Part shown: positions 34,126 to 43,730 of the stretch, in pieces
Numbering within the stretch: position 1 is the first letter of the stretch
How the letters are laid out: every line of letters starts with the position of its first letter
Assembly: GCA_030606265.1 (NCBI GenBank)
Contig: JAUWGT010000001.1
Span: 1 to 49,405 of the forward strand
Length of the DNA stretch: 49,405 bases
Origin: Candidatus Stahliibacteriota bacterium
GTDB lineage: Bacteria; Hydrothermota; Tepidihabitantia; SM23-42
Reading direction: 5' to 3'
Position numbers and translations under genes: made by a program
Notes under the pieces: generated by a model
What the model was told of the DNA's origin: nothing
Seen by the model: the letters and a program-made list of their open reading frames with translations, nothing else
Database searches by the model: none

Positions 34126-35400
34126 CTAAAAATCAAAATAACCAGCCAAGCCAAAGGTGTGGTCATAGTCTGTCTCATCATTATAATAACCGTGTTTATA
34201 GATATGCAAATTGTGGCAGAAATCCACCTTAAGACCTATATCTGGAAACTGAATACCGAGGCCCCATGTTATTACGTCATAGTAAGAAGTACCGCTATAG
34301 CCATAATCATAACTGATATTCGTATAGCCAAAACGCACTGGCACTATTTTAAGCAGACGTATTTCTGTTCCAATACCAAGGCAATTCTTGTGGATTGAGT
34401 AAGGAGTGCTTACTTCAGTAAAGGTCAATATCTCTTTCTTGTACTGGATGCCCAGCAATCCAAAACCCTCGTTCAAATAAGCCATGCCAAAACCCATATT
34501 TGTCTGGTGTCCAGGAATATACCCGTAATAGAAATCATCCCATATAAGGGGTGGTGGTGAGACATAGCCAAGTTGAAAACCAAAGTTCACATGTTCATTT
34601 CCAAACGGCAATTTGTAGATCGATCTCACATTTACGGATTTTAGTAGACCACTATCAGGAATTGTACCAAGTGTAGCTCTGATACCCATGTCAAGATTTG
34701 AAGAGGAATGTATGATCGGTACTGCAAACTCATGTATTACAGTATCACCATACTCTCGACTGTATTCCTTATACTTGTAGTCAAACCCACCCTGCCAATT
34801 TCCTGAACCAGAACTGATTAACAGACTTGGTTCGTAGCAAGTCACTTTAGCCACATCAAGGGATGTGCCATAAAAACTACTGTCTTCTTCAGTCAACTTG
34901 TGGTACGCGCCGCGAAAACCAATGCTCAACCTTGATAAAACATTCCAGCTTGCCATCAGAGAATAGCGCATTACATCACGTTCTGATTTCGACGTCGCCA
35001 TATAATATTCTGATTCTTCAGCTGCTTTTGTTTTTGAAAATGATCCACCAAAGGCGATTTTTTCTCCAGGTTTGAAAATGCCGCTAATCGCCCCTGCCCC
35101 AGCATGCCATTCCTGATTATATGCTGTATCACCAAAGACTGTGAAGCCGTAAAGAAAAGGTATACATATCTCGGATTGACTTTTATTATCGCTGACCGCA
35201 CCAGCTGGCGATTCGCCATAATCATAGGCATTGATTTCATTAATGCGCTCGATTATTACAAGATCAAGATTACCGATCCCGGCAAGGCGCAGGTTCTTGC
35301 TGAGCATGTTTGGTTCATAGTCATAGTAATAAGCAAAGCATATGCTCACACTGAGCAGCATGCCAAAAAAACACAAGGGTAAATAGTATCTTTTGTTCAT
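34126..35400 (-). CDS. putative outer-membrane beta-barrel protein
   Basis: 424 aa with GGAGG 4 nt upstream. Signal peptide MNKRYYLPLCFFGMLLSVSICFA. Aromatic-rich alternating strands and the C-terminal ...LAGYFDF (terminal Phe) are typical of OMPs. Confidence 0.6.
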   Translation of the reverse strand: MNKRYYLPLCFFGMLLSVSICFAYYYDYEPNMLSKNLRLAGIGNLDLVIIERINEINAYDYGESPAGAVSDNKSQSEICIPFLYGFTVFGDTAYNQEWHAGAGAISGIFKPGEKIAFGGSFSKTKAAEESEYYMATSKSERDVMRYSLMASWNVLSRLSIGFRGAYHKLTEEDSSFYGTSLDVAKVTCYEPSLLISSGSGNWQGGFDYKYKEYSREYGDTVIHEFAVPIIHSSSNLDMGIRATLGTIPDSGLLKSVNVRSIYKLPFGNEHVNFGFQLGYVSPPPLIWDDFYYGYIPGHQTNMGFGMAYLNEGFGLLGIQYKKEILTFTEVSTPYSIHKNCLGIGTEIRLLKIVPVRFGYTNISYDYGYSGTSYYDVITWGLGIQFPDIGLKVDFCHNLHIYKHGYYNDETDYDHTFGLAGYFDF

Positions 35401-35482
35401 CTTTCCTCCTGAATTATTGTAGATAAAATAATCAACCTGTCAATAGACTTTATCGTATTCGTGTTTTGCTTTTCGCTACAAA

Positions 35483-35608
35483 AGAGAAATCTTAAATCTT
35501 AAATCTACAATTTGAAATCTAAAATCTGAAATTCTATATGCCCCTTCTGAAATCTTAAATCTACAATCTTAAATCTAAAATTTGAAATCTGAAATTCTAT
35601 ATGCCCCT
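35483..35608. repeat. 63-bp tandem duplication (two copies) of aaatct-word low-complexity sequence overlapping the thiL stop
   Basis: Both copies end with tctgaaattctatatgcccct (35525-35545 and 35588-35608). The second includes the last codons and TAG stop of thiL (35597-35599). Confidence 0.8.
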
Positions 35609-36541
35609 CAGGTGTTCATAACCGGTTGGGGTAATGCGCTTTACTTTTCCTCTGAATGATACAAATAACCCCCGTCCTTTCATGATCTTGCCGATTCTAA
35701 AAACTTTGACGCCAGATATCTTTGGCAGATAACGCGCTGCGAAAAGCAATTCAAAATCCTCACCTGAAGCCATAATAAAATCCAGGGGTTCAATCCCTGT
35801 CATAGCACAGAACTCACCGACTTCAGAATGTATTGGCACATGTTCTTTTTCAAGTATTATCTTCACATTACTTTCCACCGCAAGATGATTGGCATCAGTT
35901 GACAAACCATCTGAAATGTCAATGCAAGCCTTGGCGTATTTCATCAATAACCTGGCTTCTTTTATCCGTGGTTCAGGATAGAGGTGCTTATCAACCGCTA
36001 CCGGGTACTGTTTGCGCGGCAGGTCTTTATCGAGTACTGCACGACCAACCTCAGCAAGCCCGAGGAAATTCGTCACAAAGAGCGTCTGACCAGGCTGGGC
36101 TCCTGAACGCATCAACGGCTTCCCCGCCCTCCCGATAACTGTGATTGTCAAACCAAATCCCGGGCTTTCAACAATATCACCGCCACTGATATCGAACGCA
36201 TATTTTTTGCCGAGCTTGTCAAACCCCTGATAAAGTTTTTTGATATCATTGAGCCCGATTTTTTTTGTGAGGTTCAAAGAAACCAATGCACACAACGGTT
36301 CAGCACCCATCGCCGCAAGATCTGAAAGACTTGCCGCCATTGTATGCCAGCCCAGGGCGTACATGGAAAAATATTTTAGATCAAAATGAATATTCTCGAA
36401 AAATGAATCAGTAGATACTACAAACCCATTGCGAAAAACCATTGCGTCATCACCGATGCCCTTTAAAATTTCCTTTCTCTTTCCTGGAAATCGCTTGCGA
36501 ATGAAATCAATAATTGCTAACTCACCTTTGCTCTTATTCAT
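35597..36541 (-). CDS. thiL: thiamine-monophosphate kinase
   Basis: 314 aa in the AIR-synthase-related (PurM-like) fold. Contains GELAIIDFIRKRF, IGDDAMVF, SDLAAMGAEP, GGDIV and IDISDGL. Confidence 0.8.
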   Translation of the reverse strand: MNKSKGELAIIDFIRKRFPGKRKEILKGIGDDAMVFRNGFVVSTDSFFENIHFDLKYFSMYALGWHTMAASLSDLAAMGAEPLCALVSLNLTKKIGLNDIKKLYQGFDKLGKKYAFDISGGDIVESPGFGLTITVIGRAGKPLMRSGAQPGQTLFVTNFLGLAEVGRAVLDKDLPRKQYPVAVDKHLYPEPRIKEARLLMKYAKACIDISDGLSTDANHLAVESNVKIILEKEHVPIHSEVGEFCAMTGIEPLDFIMASGEDFELLFAARYLPKISGVKVFRIGKIMKGRGLFVSFRGKVKRITPTGYEHLRGI

Positions 36542-36812
36542 TATCGATATCCATCTCTACCCCGTTAGAGATAGGAAACGCTTCAGTCTATTCTTCAAGT
36601 ATCGTTTACCCATTCCAGTCTTTAAATACTTTTCTCTAGCTTTCGCTGTTCTCTTTCCTCATAGTTCATATCTTTGTCTCTGTAGTCCATATTCCCAGTC
36701 TGAAACATTCGTATTTGGAATTTTGATATTGTGCCGTAAACGAGCATCCTCGCTTCTGAAATACCAGAAACGGGATTTAGTATTTAGGATTTCGTATTCA
36801 GGATTTATACAA

Positions 36813-37778
36813 TTAGACATGAAACTCAACTACATCCTCATCACAGAGGATATGGTTTTTCTCAACCCGTTGTCCAGCATAGCCTTTTTCATTCCAGAGT
36901 CGTGCATATTTAAGGTTCTTCTTAAAATCCTTATGAATATGTTCAGCCGCATCGATCAGCGTAGTCCCTTTGGGAAGAACAACTGGGTCATCTTTGACAA
37001 TTGGGTTTCCTTTCTTTTTAGTATATAATCTAATAATATCCAGTTTATCAAAAATCTCCTTTTGTAGCGTATCTATACCCTGTGAATCGATTGTTGAAAC
37101 CGAAATAATGGAAAATTCATCCTGATATCTACGGGTAAAGACGCGGCGCGCACTTTCATCAGATTCTGCGTCTGCTTTATTCAATACAATGAACATCTTT
37201 TTCACATCACCAAATTCATGTTTTGTGACAAAGACATTTTTGCTGTTAAGCGCCTTGCGTATTCCTTCAAAATCACGCATCAGGTCTTTGCCAATATCTA
37301 ACATAATAAGAAGCAAATCACCATTGCGATAAAGCCCGTACAGCCATGCCGGAGCTTCTTCATAGAGTGCCGGCGTATCGACTATTTGAATCTTCATGTT
37401 CTCGAAATCCATCATGCCAACCTTGGGCAATTGCGTTGTATAGGGGTAAGACCCAACTTCTGAATGTGCATTACTCAGTACATTCAGCAAGGATGACTTA
37501 CCACAATTTGGTAAACCCACAAGCACAACCTGACCAGCGCCCTGTTTTTCAACCTGATACCATGTTCCACCTGACCCCTTTGATTTTTTTTGTTTTTCAA
37601 TAGTCGTTTTGAGTTTAGATATCTTTGTTTTTAATTCGGCTTGGAGTTTTTCAGTTCCTTTATGTTTAGGGATTATAGAAAGAAGCTGCCCGAGATAAGC
37701 TAATTTCTCGCGCGGCTCTTTTGCTTCACGGTATTGTTTCTCTACTTCAAAATACTGCGGAGGAAGATTTGCCGGCAT
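36813..37778 (-). CDS. DRG/Rbg-type Obg-family GTPase with a C-terminal TGS domain
   Basis: 321 aa with an N-terminal helical K-rich region. G1 GLPNCGKS, TT in switch I, G3 DTPA, G4 NKAD. TGS-like end LPKGTTLIDAAEHIHKDF...VVEFHV. Confidence 0.8.
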   Translation of the reverse strand: MPANLPPQYFEVEKQYREAKEPREKLAYLGQLLSIIPKHKGTEKLQAELKTKISKLKTTIEKQKKSKGSGGTWYQVEKQGAGQVVLVGLPNCGKSSLLNVLSNAHSEVGSYPYTTQLPKVGMMDFENMKIQIVDTPALYEEAPAWLYGLYRNGDLLLIMLDIGKDLMRDFEGIRKALNSKNVFVTKHEFGDVKKMFIVLNKADAESDESARRVFTRRYQDEFSIISVSTIDSQGIDTLQKEIFDKLDIIRLYTKKKGNPIVKDDPVVLPKGTTLIDAAEHIHKDFKKNLKYARLWNEKGYAGQRVEKNHILCDEDVVEFHV

Positions 37779-37801
37779 GATTGAATAATTTCGCTAGGTC
37801 G

Positions 37802-39472
37802 CTACGTCAAACCGGTTATCCTACCTTCATCATCGACATCCACTCTCTCTGCATTTGAGATTTTTGATAATCCGGGCATGAGCATCACCGTACCGGTTAA
37901 GGGAATCAGAAAACCAGCGCCTGCAGATATGTTTATACCCCTGATTCTAATCTTAAAGTCTTCAGGCAAACCATAGAGGTCAGGGTTATCTGATAGCGAC
38001 ATATTTGTCTTGGCAATGCAGATTGGCAGTTTATCCATTTTGAGTCGTTTGATACGCTTTATATTTTTTTCTGCTTTCGGCGTATAAACAACCTGTGTCG
38101 CGCCATAAATCTCCCTTGCCACTTTCTCAATTTTCTCTTCAATACTATCTTCAAGATCATAAATCGGACGCATGCAGCATTTTCCATTTTCAACCTCCTG
38201 ACATACCATTTCAGCAAGTTGTACAGCCCCTGATGCCCCCTGCTCAAAAGCACGTACTTCAGCACACTCGGTCTTTTTACCACGGCAAAAATCCTTCACC
38301 ATCTTTATTTCATCTTCTGTATCGCCCTCGAAGATATTGAGCGCAACGACCGGTGGAATCATAAGCTTATCCATGTTCTCGATATGTTTCCCGAGATTTG
38401 AAAGTCCTTTTTTGAGATGGTCAATACTACCTGAACGCGGATCTTTTTTCAATGCCCCACCGTGTAGTTTCAAAGCGCGGACTGTAGCCACAAGGACTGA
38501 ACCATCCACATAAACATCACCTGCTCTGGTTACGATATCGATAAACTTCTCAGCACCCAAGTCTGAGCCAAAACCCGCCTCAACAATCGTATAATCAGAT
38601 AGGTACTGTGCCATCTTCATAGCCAGGATACTACACGTACCATGTGCTATATTAGCGAACGGACCACAATGTACAAAAGCTGGGGTATGGTCGATCGTCT
38701 GCACAAGATTCGGCTTCAAGGCATCCTTCAAAAGGGCGGTCATAGCACCGTTTACACCAAAATCCCGTGCATAGATCGGTTTCCTTTCCATATCAAAGGC
38801 AACCAAAATATTAGCCAGTCTTTCTTTCAACTCAACAAGGGACTGCGATAGGGCAAGGATTGCCATAACTTCACTTGCCGCGGTAATGATGAAACCATCT
38901 TCACGTGCCGGACCATTTGCTTTACCACCCAGACCAACTACAATATCGCGCAGACTTCGATCATTCATATCCATCGCACGCGTAAAGAAAATCTCTCTTT
39001 CATCAACACTGAGTTTATTTCCAAAATGCACGTGACTATCAAGCACCGCAGCTAAAAGGTTATGGGCAGCGCTAATCGCGTGAAGATCTCCGGTGAAATG
39101 AAGATTTATGTCCTCCATGGGTAAAACTTGGACATAACCGCCACCCGCGGCACCGCCTTTAATGCCGAAAACAGGACCCAATGATGGCTCGCGCAGAGCA
39201 ACTATTGATCTCTTACCAATGCTATTGAGTGCCATGCTAAGACCGATTGATACCGTAGTCTTACCTTCACCATATCGTGTCGGCGTCATTGCGGTAACCA
39301 AAATCAGCTTGCCTTGTGGTCTTGCCTTCAATTTCTCAAAGAACTGCAGGGATATCTTTGCTTTGAACACGCCGCAAGGAATAACATATTCTTCATCAAT
39401 ACCCAAATTTTTAGCAAGTTCAAGGATTGGTATCAATGTGGCTTCTTGGGCGATTTGCAGGTCACTTTTCAT
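37802..39472 (-). CDS. fhs: formate-tetrahydrofolate ligase
   Basis: 556 aa. MKSDLQIAQEA..., TPTRYGEGKTT, and EPSLGPVFGIKGGAAGGGY are present. Confidence 0.95.
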   Translation of the reverse strand: MKSDLQIAQEATLIPILELAKNLGIDEEYVIPCGVFKAKISLQFFEKLKARPQGKLILVTAMTPTRYGEGKTTVSIGLSMALNSIGKRSIVALREPSLGPVFGIKGGAAGGGYVQVLPMEDINLHFTGDLHAISAAHNLLAAVLDSHVHFGNKLSVDEREIFFTRAMDMNDRSLRDIVVGLGGKANGPAREDGFIITAASEVMAILALSQSLVELKERLANILVAFDMERKPIYARDFGVNGAMTALLKDALKPNLVQTIDHTPAFVHCGPFANIAHGTCSILAMKMAQYLSDYTIVEAGFGSDLGAEKFIDIVTRAGDVYVDGSVLVATVRALKLHGGALKKDPRSGSIDHLKKGLSNLGKHIENMDKLMIPPVVALNIFEGDTEDEIKMVKDFCRGKKTECAEVRAFEQGASGAVQLAEMVCQEVENGKCCMRPIYDLEDSIEEKIEKVAREIYGATQVVYTPKAEKNIKRIKRLKMDKLPICIAKTNMSLSDNPDLYGLPEDFKIRIRGINISAGAGFLIPLTGTVMLMPGLSKISNAERVDVDDEGRITGLT

Positions 39473-39477
39473 ACTTT

Positions 39478-39506
39478 AGTATAACCTTAAATTTCAGTGC
39501 TGTCAA
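39478..39506 (-). promoter_or_regulatory. sigma-70 promoter abutting the fhs start (leaderless geometry)
   Basis: Minus strand: TTGACA (39506-39501), 17 nt, TATACT (39483-39478), then 5 nt (AAAGT) to the ATG at 39472. Confidence 0.6.
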
Positions 39507-39566
39507 TAATGTCCTAAAGTAATAGCCATAATAAATCCATCACCGCTTGCAGCATGACATAAATAC

Positions 39567-39594
39567 TTGCATTATCCAAAAAAGTGAATACTAT
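39567..39594 (+). promoter_or_regulatory. sigma-70 promoter abutting the purM start (leaderless geometry)
   Basis: TTGCAT (39567-39572), 16 nt, TACTAT (39589-39594), then 6 nt (tcttat) to the ATG at 39601. Confidence 0.55.
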
Positions 39595-39600
39595 TCTTAT

Positions 39601-40578
39601 ATGCTTTATAAAGATGCTGGCGTCGATATTGATGTTTTGAATCTAATAAGAAAGGGTATTGGTAAACAGGTATCAAAAACATTTAAGAACCGAGGTAAAT
39701 CTTCCTTTGGTCTTTTCGGCGGCATCTACCCAATAAATAATGAATATTTGGTGAGCAGCGTTGACAGCGTGGGTACGAAAATACTCGTTGCTTGCGGCGT
39801 TGGTAAACATAATACAATCGGGCAAGATATTGTGAATCACTGTATCAATGATATCCTGACAACCGGTGCGATACCTCTCTTTTTCATGGATTATATCGGC
39901 TTTTCAGAGATTGAAAAGAATGTCCTCATTGATATTGTTAAAGGTATTGTCATCTCATGCCGAAAAGAAAAAATCCTTCTGATCGGTGGCGAGACTGCCA
40001 AGCTTATGAGGTTTTATCCAAAGGGTATTTATGATCTTGTCGGTTTCGTTGTAGGTAAAGTCAACAAGAAGAAATATCTCGATACCTCAAAGATAAGACC
40101 TGGTGATATTTTGCTGGGCTTGAGATCTTCAGGACTCCATACCAATGGATATTCACTGGCACGTAAGGTTCTACTTAGAAAATATACCTTCTCCTCATAT
40201 ATCCCTGAGTTGAAATGTACGGTCGGAGAAGAACTACTGAAAATCCACCGCTCATACAGAAAAGACCTGGAGCCCAAACTCAAATGCATTAAAGGCCTGG
40301 CCCATATCACTGGAGGCGGCTTCTACGACAACATAAAACGTATCCTGCCTGAGAAATGCTCGGCAATAATAGATAAGAAATCATGGCGCCCCCAAGCAGT
40401 GTTTAAACTAATTCAAACCTTGGGTAAAGTTCCCGAACAGGAGATGTATCGGGTCTTTAATATGGGTATTGGAATGGTCGTTATCATTGACAATAAAAAT
40501 CTGCGCTTCTTCAAAAAATTAAGGCCCAGGATCATTGGTGAAATAGTAAAAGGTGATTTTGGGGTTAGAATTACTTAA
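39601..40578 (+). CDS. purM: phosphoribosylformylglycinamidine cyclo-ligase (AIR synthase)
   Basis: Start chosen at MLYKDAGVDID (39601), which is the canonical PurM N-terminus and fits the promoter. The track's 39547 start adds 18 atypical residues. DSVGTK, GGETA and ITGGG are present. Confidence 0.9.
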   Translation: MLYKDAGVDIDVLNLIRKGIGKQVSKTFKNRGKSSFGLFGGIYPINNEYLVSSVDSVGTKILVACGVGKHNTIGQDIVNHCINDILTTGAIPLFFMDYIGFSEIEKNVLIDIVKGIVISCRKEKILLIGGETAKLMRFYPKGIYDLVGFVVGKVNKKKYLDTSKIRPGDILLGLRSSGLHTNGYSLARKVLLRKYTFSSYIPELKCTVGEELLKIHRSYRKDLEPKLKCIKGLAHITGGGFYDNIKRILPEKCSAIIDKKSWRPQAVFKLIQTLGKVPEQEMYRVFNMGIGMVVIIDNKNLRFFKKLRPRIIGEIVKGDFGVRIT

Positions 40579-40686
40579 CCCACATTATTCATATTGAATT
40601 TGTTTAACCTTCAGAAAACATAATACCAGTCTTACTTTGCGCCTTTTTTAGACCCCAGTCAAATTCAACACTCTGTTTTTTCTATT

Positions 40687-40870
40687 GTCATTGCGAGGAA
40701 TCCTGAGCTTGTCGAAGGGGACGAAGCAATCTCTGACAAAAGGAATAAGATTGTCCCGCTTTGCGAGGATTCTCGTGAAACGGAACCGCGCCCGATAAAT
40801 CCCGCAATCCTATTTATAAAATTATGATACGAAGCGGGATAAATCGAGCTCGCAATGACGATTTGCGTGA
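40687..40870. repeat. intergenic mosaic of repeat modules (D, reverse copy of 3597-3650, B)
   Basis: gtcattgcgaggaatcctgagcttgtcgaaggggacgaagcaatctctg, then the reverse complement of the 3.6-kb unit, then the 44-bp B element (40801-40844). Confidence 0.85.
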
Positions 40871-40920
40871 ATAATCCGGGTTAGGATTCAATACATCTGT
40901 GGGCTAATGACCGATTGGCC

Positions 40921-41391
40921 CTAAGCCTTGCGTTTATCCAACACTTCAGCTATTGCAAATGCCAACCGCTCATCAAACACAATTTTTTGCTGTTCGGTTA
41001 GCTTGAATATTTTGATGTTCTTAAACTTTTTGGGGGTTTTATTCAAATACAATACAAAATCCACATCTTTCTCTACTACATCGGCAAAGAACTCAATGAA
41101 ATCATCATGACGTAGACTGCTGCACACTTTAGGAGCAATAATGTTCTCTTCAATTGCCCGCTGCGCAGAACCGATGTCTCGGTCAATTCTGAAAGCGAGA
41201 CCATATGCTTCAATACCGAAGTTCGCACTCTTTATCTCGAATACAACGGGATAATTGAATGTTTCGCTGAACTTAAAATCAGAATCTGTCTCAAGAAACC
41301 CTCGGGTGATCTTCTTCCCTTTCATAATCTGGAAGGTCCCAAACAGATCCTGACCGCTGCCGAGCCAATCAGGTAAAACCACATTCTTCAT
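40921..41391 (-). CDS. hypothetical protein (156 aa)
   Basis: Clean ORF with no recognisable family. A D...E-x-K-like arrangement (ETDSD ... VVFEIKS) weakly hints at a PD-(D/E)XK fold. No SD or clear promoter. Confidence 0.45.
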   Translation of the reverse strand: MKNVVLPDWLGSGQDLFGTFQIMKGKKITRGFLETDSDFKFSETFNYPVVFEIKSANFGIEAYGLAFRIDRDIGSAQRAIEENIIAPKVCSSLRHDDFIEFFADVVEKDVDFVLYLNKTPKKFKNIKIFKLTEQQKIVFDERLAFAIAEVLDKRKA

Positions 41392-41527
41392 TTTATCCCG
41401 TTGGATAGCAAACCTCGTAGAAAACCCATGCTTTTTTTATTCTTCGGCATCGCACACCCTGAAGGACAATATTTTCCAACAGAGTAAACATCCTGCGGGG
41501 TTTACCTACGCTTCCCATATGAGTTAC

Positions 41528-42829
41528 CTATTGATCTGGGTTATGATACTTTAGCTCGCCCTCGACAATAGTTGCAACCACCTGACCGGTCAGCTTTTTG
41601 TTAAGCAACGGTGTATTTTTTGATTTTGAACGTATGGCATTGGCAGTAAGTTGCCATTTCTTTTGGGGATCAATGATTACTACATCAGCTACTGCATTCT
41701 TTTTTACAACGCCCAGTTTTTCCGTAACTACTTTGGCTGGGTTGATTGTCAGCTTCTCCAGAACATGGAGCCAGCTGAATTTCTGTTTATTTATCAACTC
41801 CATTACTATTATCGGCAAAGCCGTTTCAAAACCGATCATACCAAATGGCGCATTGGTGAATTCCAGTTCCTTGTCGGCCTGGCAATGAGGTGCGTGATCC
41901 GTTGCAATGCAGTCTATTGTACCATCACGCAACCCCTCAATCACTGCTTGTCGGTCTTGCTCACTGCGTATCGGTGGATTCACTTTGAAATCGGTATTAA
42001 ACCCTGCTAACAATTCATCGTTGAAAAAGAAATAATGTGGGCATGTTTCACAGGTGACTTTCATCCCATCTTCTTTGGCTCTTCTTATCAAATCTATTGA
42101 ACCCTTGGTTGAAATGTGACAAAGGTGCAGCCTTGCGCCAGTAAATCGCGCAACCAGCAAATCCCGGGCAACGATAACCTCCTCAGCGATCGCCGGTGAC
42201 CCACTCAAACCAAGGCGGGTTGAAACAATCCCTTCATTCATAAGACCGTCTTTGGTTAAAGCTCTATCGATGGGATGTTCGAAGATAGGTACGTTGAAAG
42301 CCTTGGAATATTCAAGGGCGTGTCTGAACACATTGCAATCAACCACAACATCACCGTCATCAGAAAACCCTTTTGCTCCCGCCTTTGTTAACTCGCCAAA
42401 TTCGGTGAGCTCTTTGCCCAATCTTTCCTTTGTGATCGCGGCAATAGGAAAAACTCTGCAAAGATTCACCCGTGCCGCCTCCTTATAAATATAGTTGACC
42501 AACCCCTCATTATCAATTGCCGGGGTCGTATTCGGCATGCAACATATTGTCGTAAAACCCCCTGCAACAGCTGCCTGACAGCCGCTTTCAATAGTTTCGA
42601 CATCAGGCCGGCCCGGATCTCGTAAATGGCAATGTAAATCAAAAAATCCCGGAGCAACAATTTTACCCTTTGCGTCAATTATCTTTGCACTTACGTTCTT
42701 TATGTTCTTTTCGATCTTCCCAATTTTGTTCTCGTGGATCAGAACATCCGATACTTCATCAAGATCAGTCTTAGGGTCAATGACTCTTCCGCCCTTTATC
42801 AAAATATCAGCCAAGTTTCCCTCCTGCAT
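41528..42829 (-). CDS. pyrC: dihydroorotase
   Basis: ILIKGGRVIDP, the metal ligands FDLHCHLRDPG, and DHAPH are present. The ATG at 42829 is preferred (23-nt overlap with pyrB); the track starts at 42865. Confidence 0.9.
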   Translation of the reverse strand: MQEGNLADILIKGGRVIDPKTDLDEVSDVLIHENKIGKIEKNIKNVSAKIIDAKGKIVAPGFFDLHCHLRDPGRPDVETIESGCQAAVAGGFTTICCMPNTTPAIDNEGLVNYIYKEAARVNLCRVFPIAAITKERLGKELTEFGELTKAGAKGFSDDGDVVVDCNVFRHALEYSKAFNVPIFEHPIDRALTKDGLMNEGIVSTRLGLSGSPAIAEEVIVARDLLVARFTGARLHLCHISTKGSIDLIRRAKEDGMKVTCETCPHYFFFNDELLAGFNTDFKVNPPIRSEQDRQAVIEGLRDGTIDCIATDHAPHCQADKELEFTNAPFGMIGFETALPIIVMELINKQKFSWLHVLEKLTINPAKVVTEKLGVVKKNAVADVVIIDPQKKWQLTANAIRSKSKNTPLLNKKLTGQVVATIVEGELKYHNPDQ

Positions 42830-43730
42830 GGATGAATAAAACTGCCATCCTGATCGCAACGCCATTCGTAACTTGGCTTAGAATAACTGATTTACTGCCG
42901 TCGGCAACGTCTGGATCGATCTCAACCCCACGATTCATAGGTCCTGGATGCATAATAACACCTTTCTGCTTCATGCTCGCAGCCCGCTCCTTGGTCAAAC
43001 CGTAGAGTGTTCGGTATTCCCTCAGCGAAGGGAATAAACCCGTTCCCTGTCTTTCCAATTGGATACGCAAAGCCATAACAACATCATAGTCCTGGATTAT
43101 GTCATCCATATTGTAGAAAACATCCACCCCAAGATTCTCAATAGCCAGCGGGATTAAGGTAGGTGGTCCGCACACCGCAACCTCGGCACCTAATGTTTTC
43201 AACCCGAATATGTTTGACCGCGCTACCCGGGAATGCTCTATGTCACCGATGATCAACACTTTGAGATCTTTGAATCTTCCAAATATTTGCCGCATCGTCA
43301 TCAGGTCTAAAAGAGCTTGGGTCGGATGCTCATGACCTCCATCACCTGCATTCACCACAAACGCATCAAGATTCTCGGCAAGTATCTTGGCTGCACCGGG
43401 TGCAGAATGTCTCACTACCACACCATCTACTCTCATTGCCTCAATATTCTTTGCAGTATCAAGTATTGTCTCGCCTTTTTTCACACTTGATGCTGACTGG
43501 GAAAAATTGACGATATCGGCTGACAATCTCTTTGCTGCAATACTGAATGAGATCTGGGTACGAGTCGACGGTTCAAAAAAAAGCGTGAGTATTGTCTTAC
43601 CCCGAAGCGAAGGCACAAATGGTATCGGTCTCTCTAATACCGCTGCAAATTTCTCAGCTAAATCAAGATATTGAATTATCTCCCGGCTAGTTAGATTTTC
43701 GAGGCCCAAAAGATCTTTCTTCTTGGGCAT
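42807..43730 (-). CDS. pyrB: aspartate carbamoyltransferase catalytic subunit
   Basis: 307 aa. FFEPSTRT, HPTQALLD and HPGP are present. The start overlaps the pyrR stop by 1 nt. Confidence 0.95.
   Translation of the reverse strand: MPKKKDLLGLENLTSREIIQYLDLAEKFAAVLERPIPFVPSLRGKTILTLFFEPSTRTQISFSIAAKRLSADIVNFSQSASSVKKGETILDTAKNIEAMRVDGVVVRHSAPGAAKILAENLDAFVVNAGDGGHEHPTQALLDLMTMRQIFGRFKDLKVLIIGDIEHSRVARSNIFGLKTLGAEVAVCGPPTLIPLAIENLGVDVFYNMDDIIQDYDVVMALRIQLERQGTGLFPSLREYRTLYGLTKERAASMKQKGVIMHPGPMNRGVEIDPDVADGSKSVILSQVTNGVAIRMAVLFIHAGGKLG

Noticed and set aside
36429-37028. 199-aa ORF on the + strand bridging thiL and the GTPase gene.
   Set aside because: It is antisense to the 5' end of thiL and the 3' end of the GTPase gene, has low-complexity hydrophobic composition and no start signals. 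It is typical shadow ORF behaviour in AT-rich DNA.
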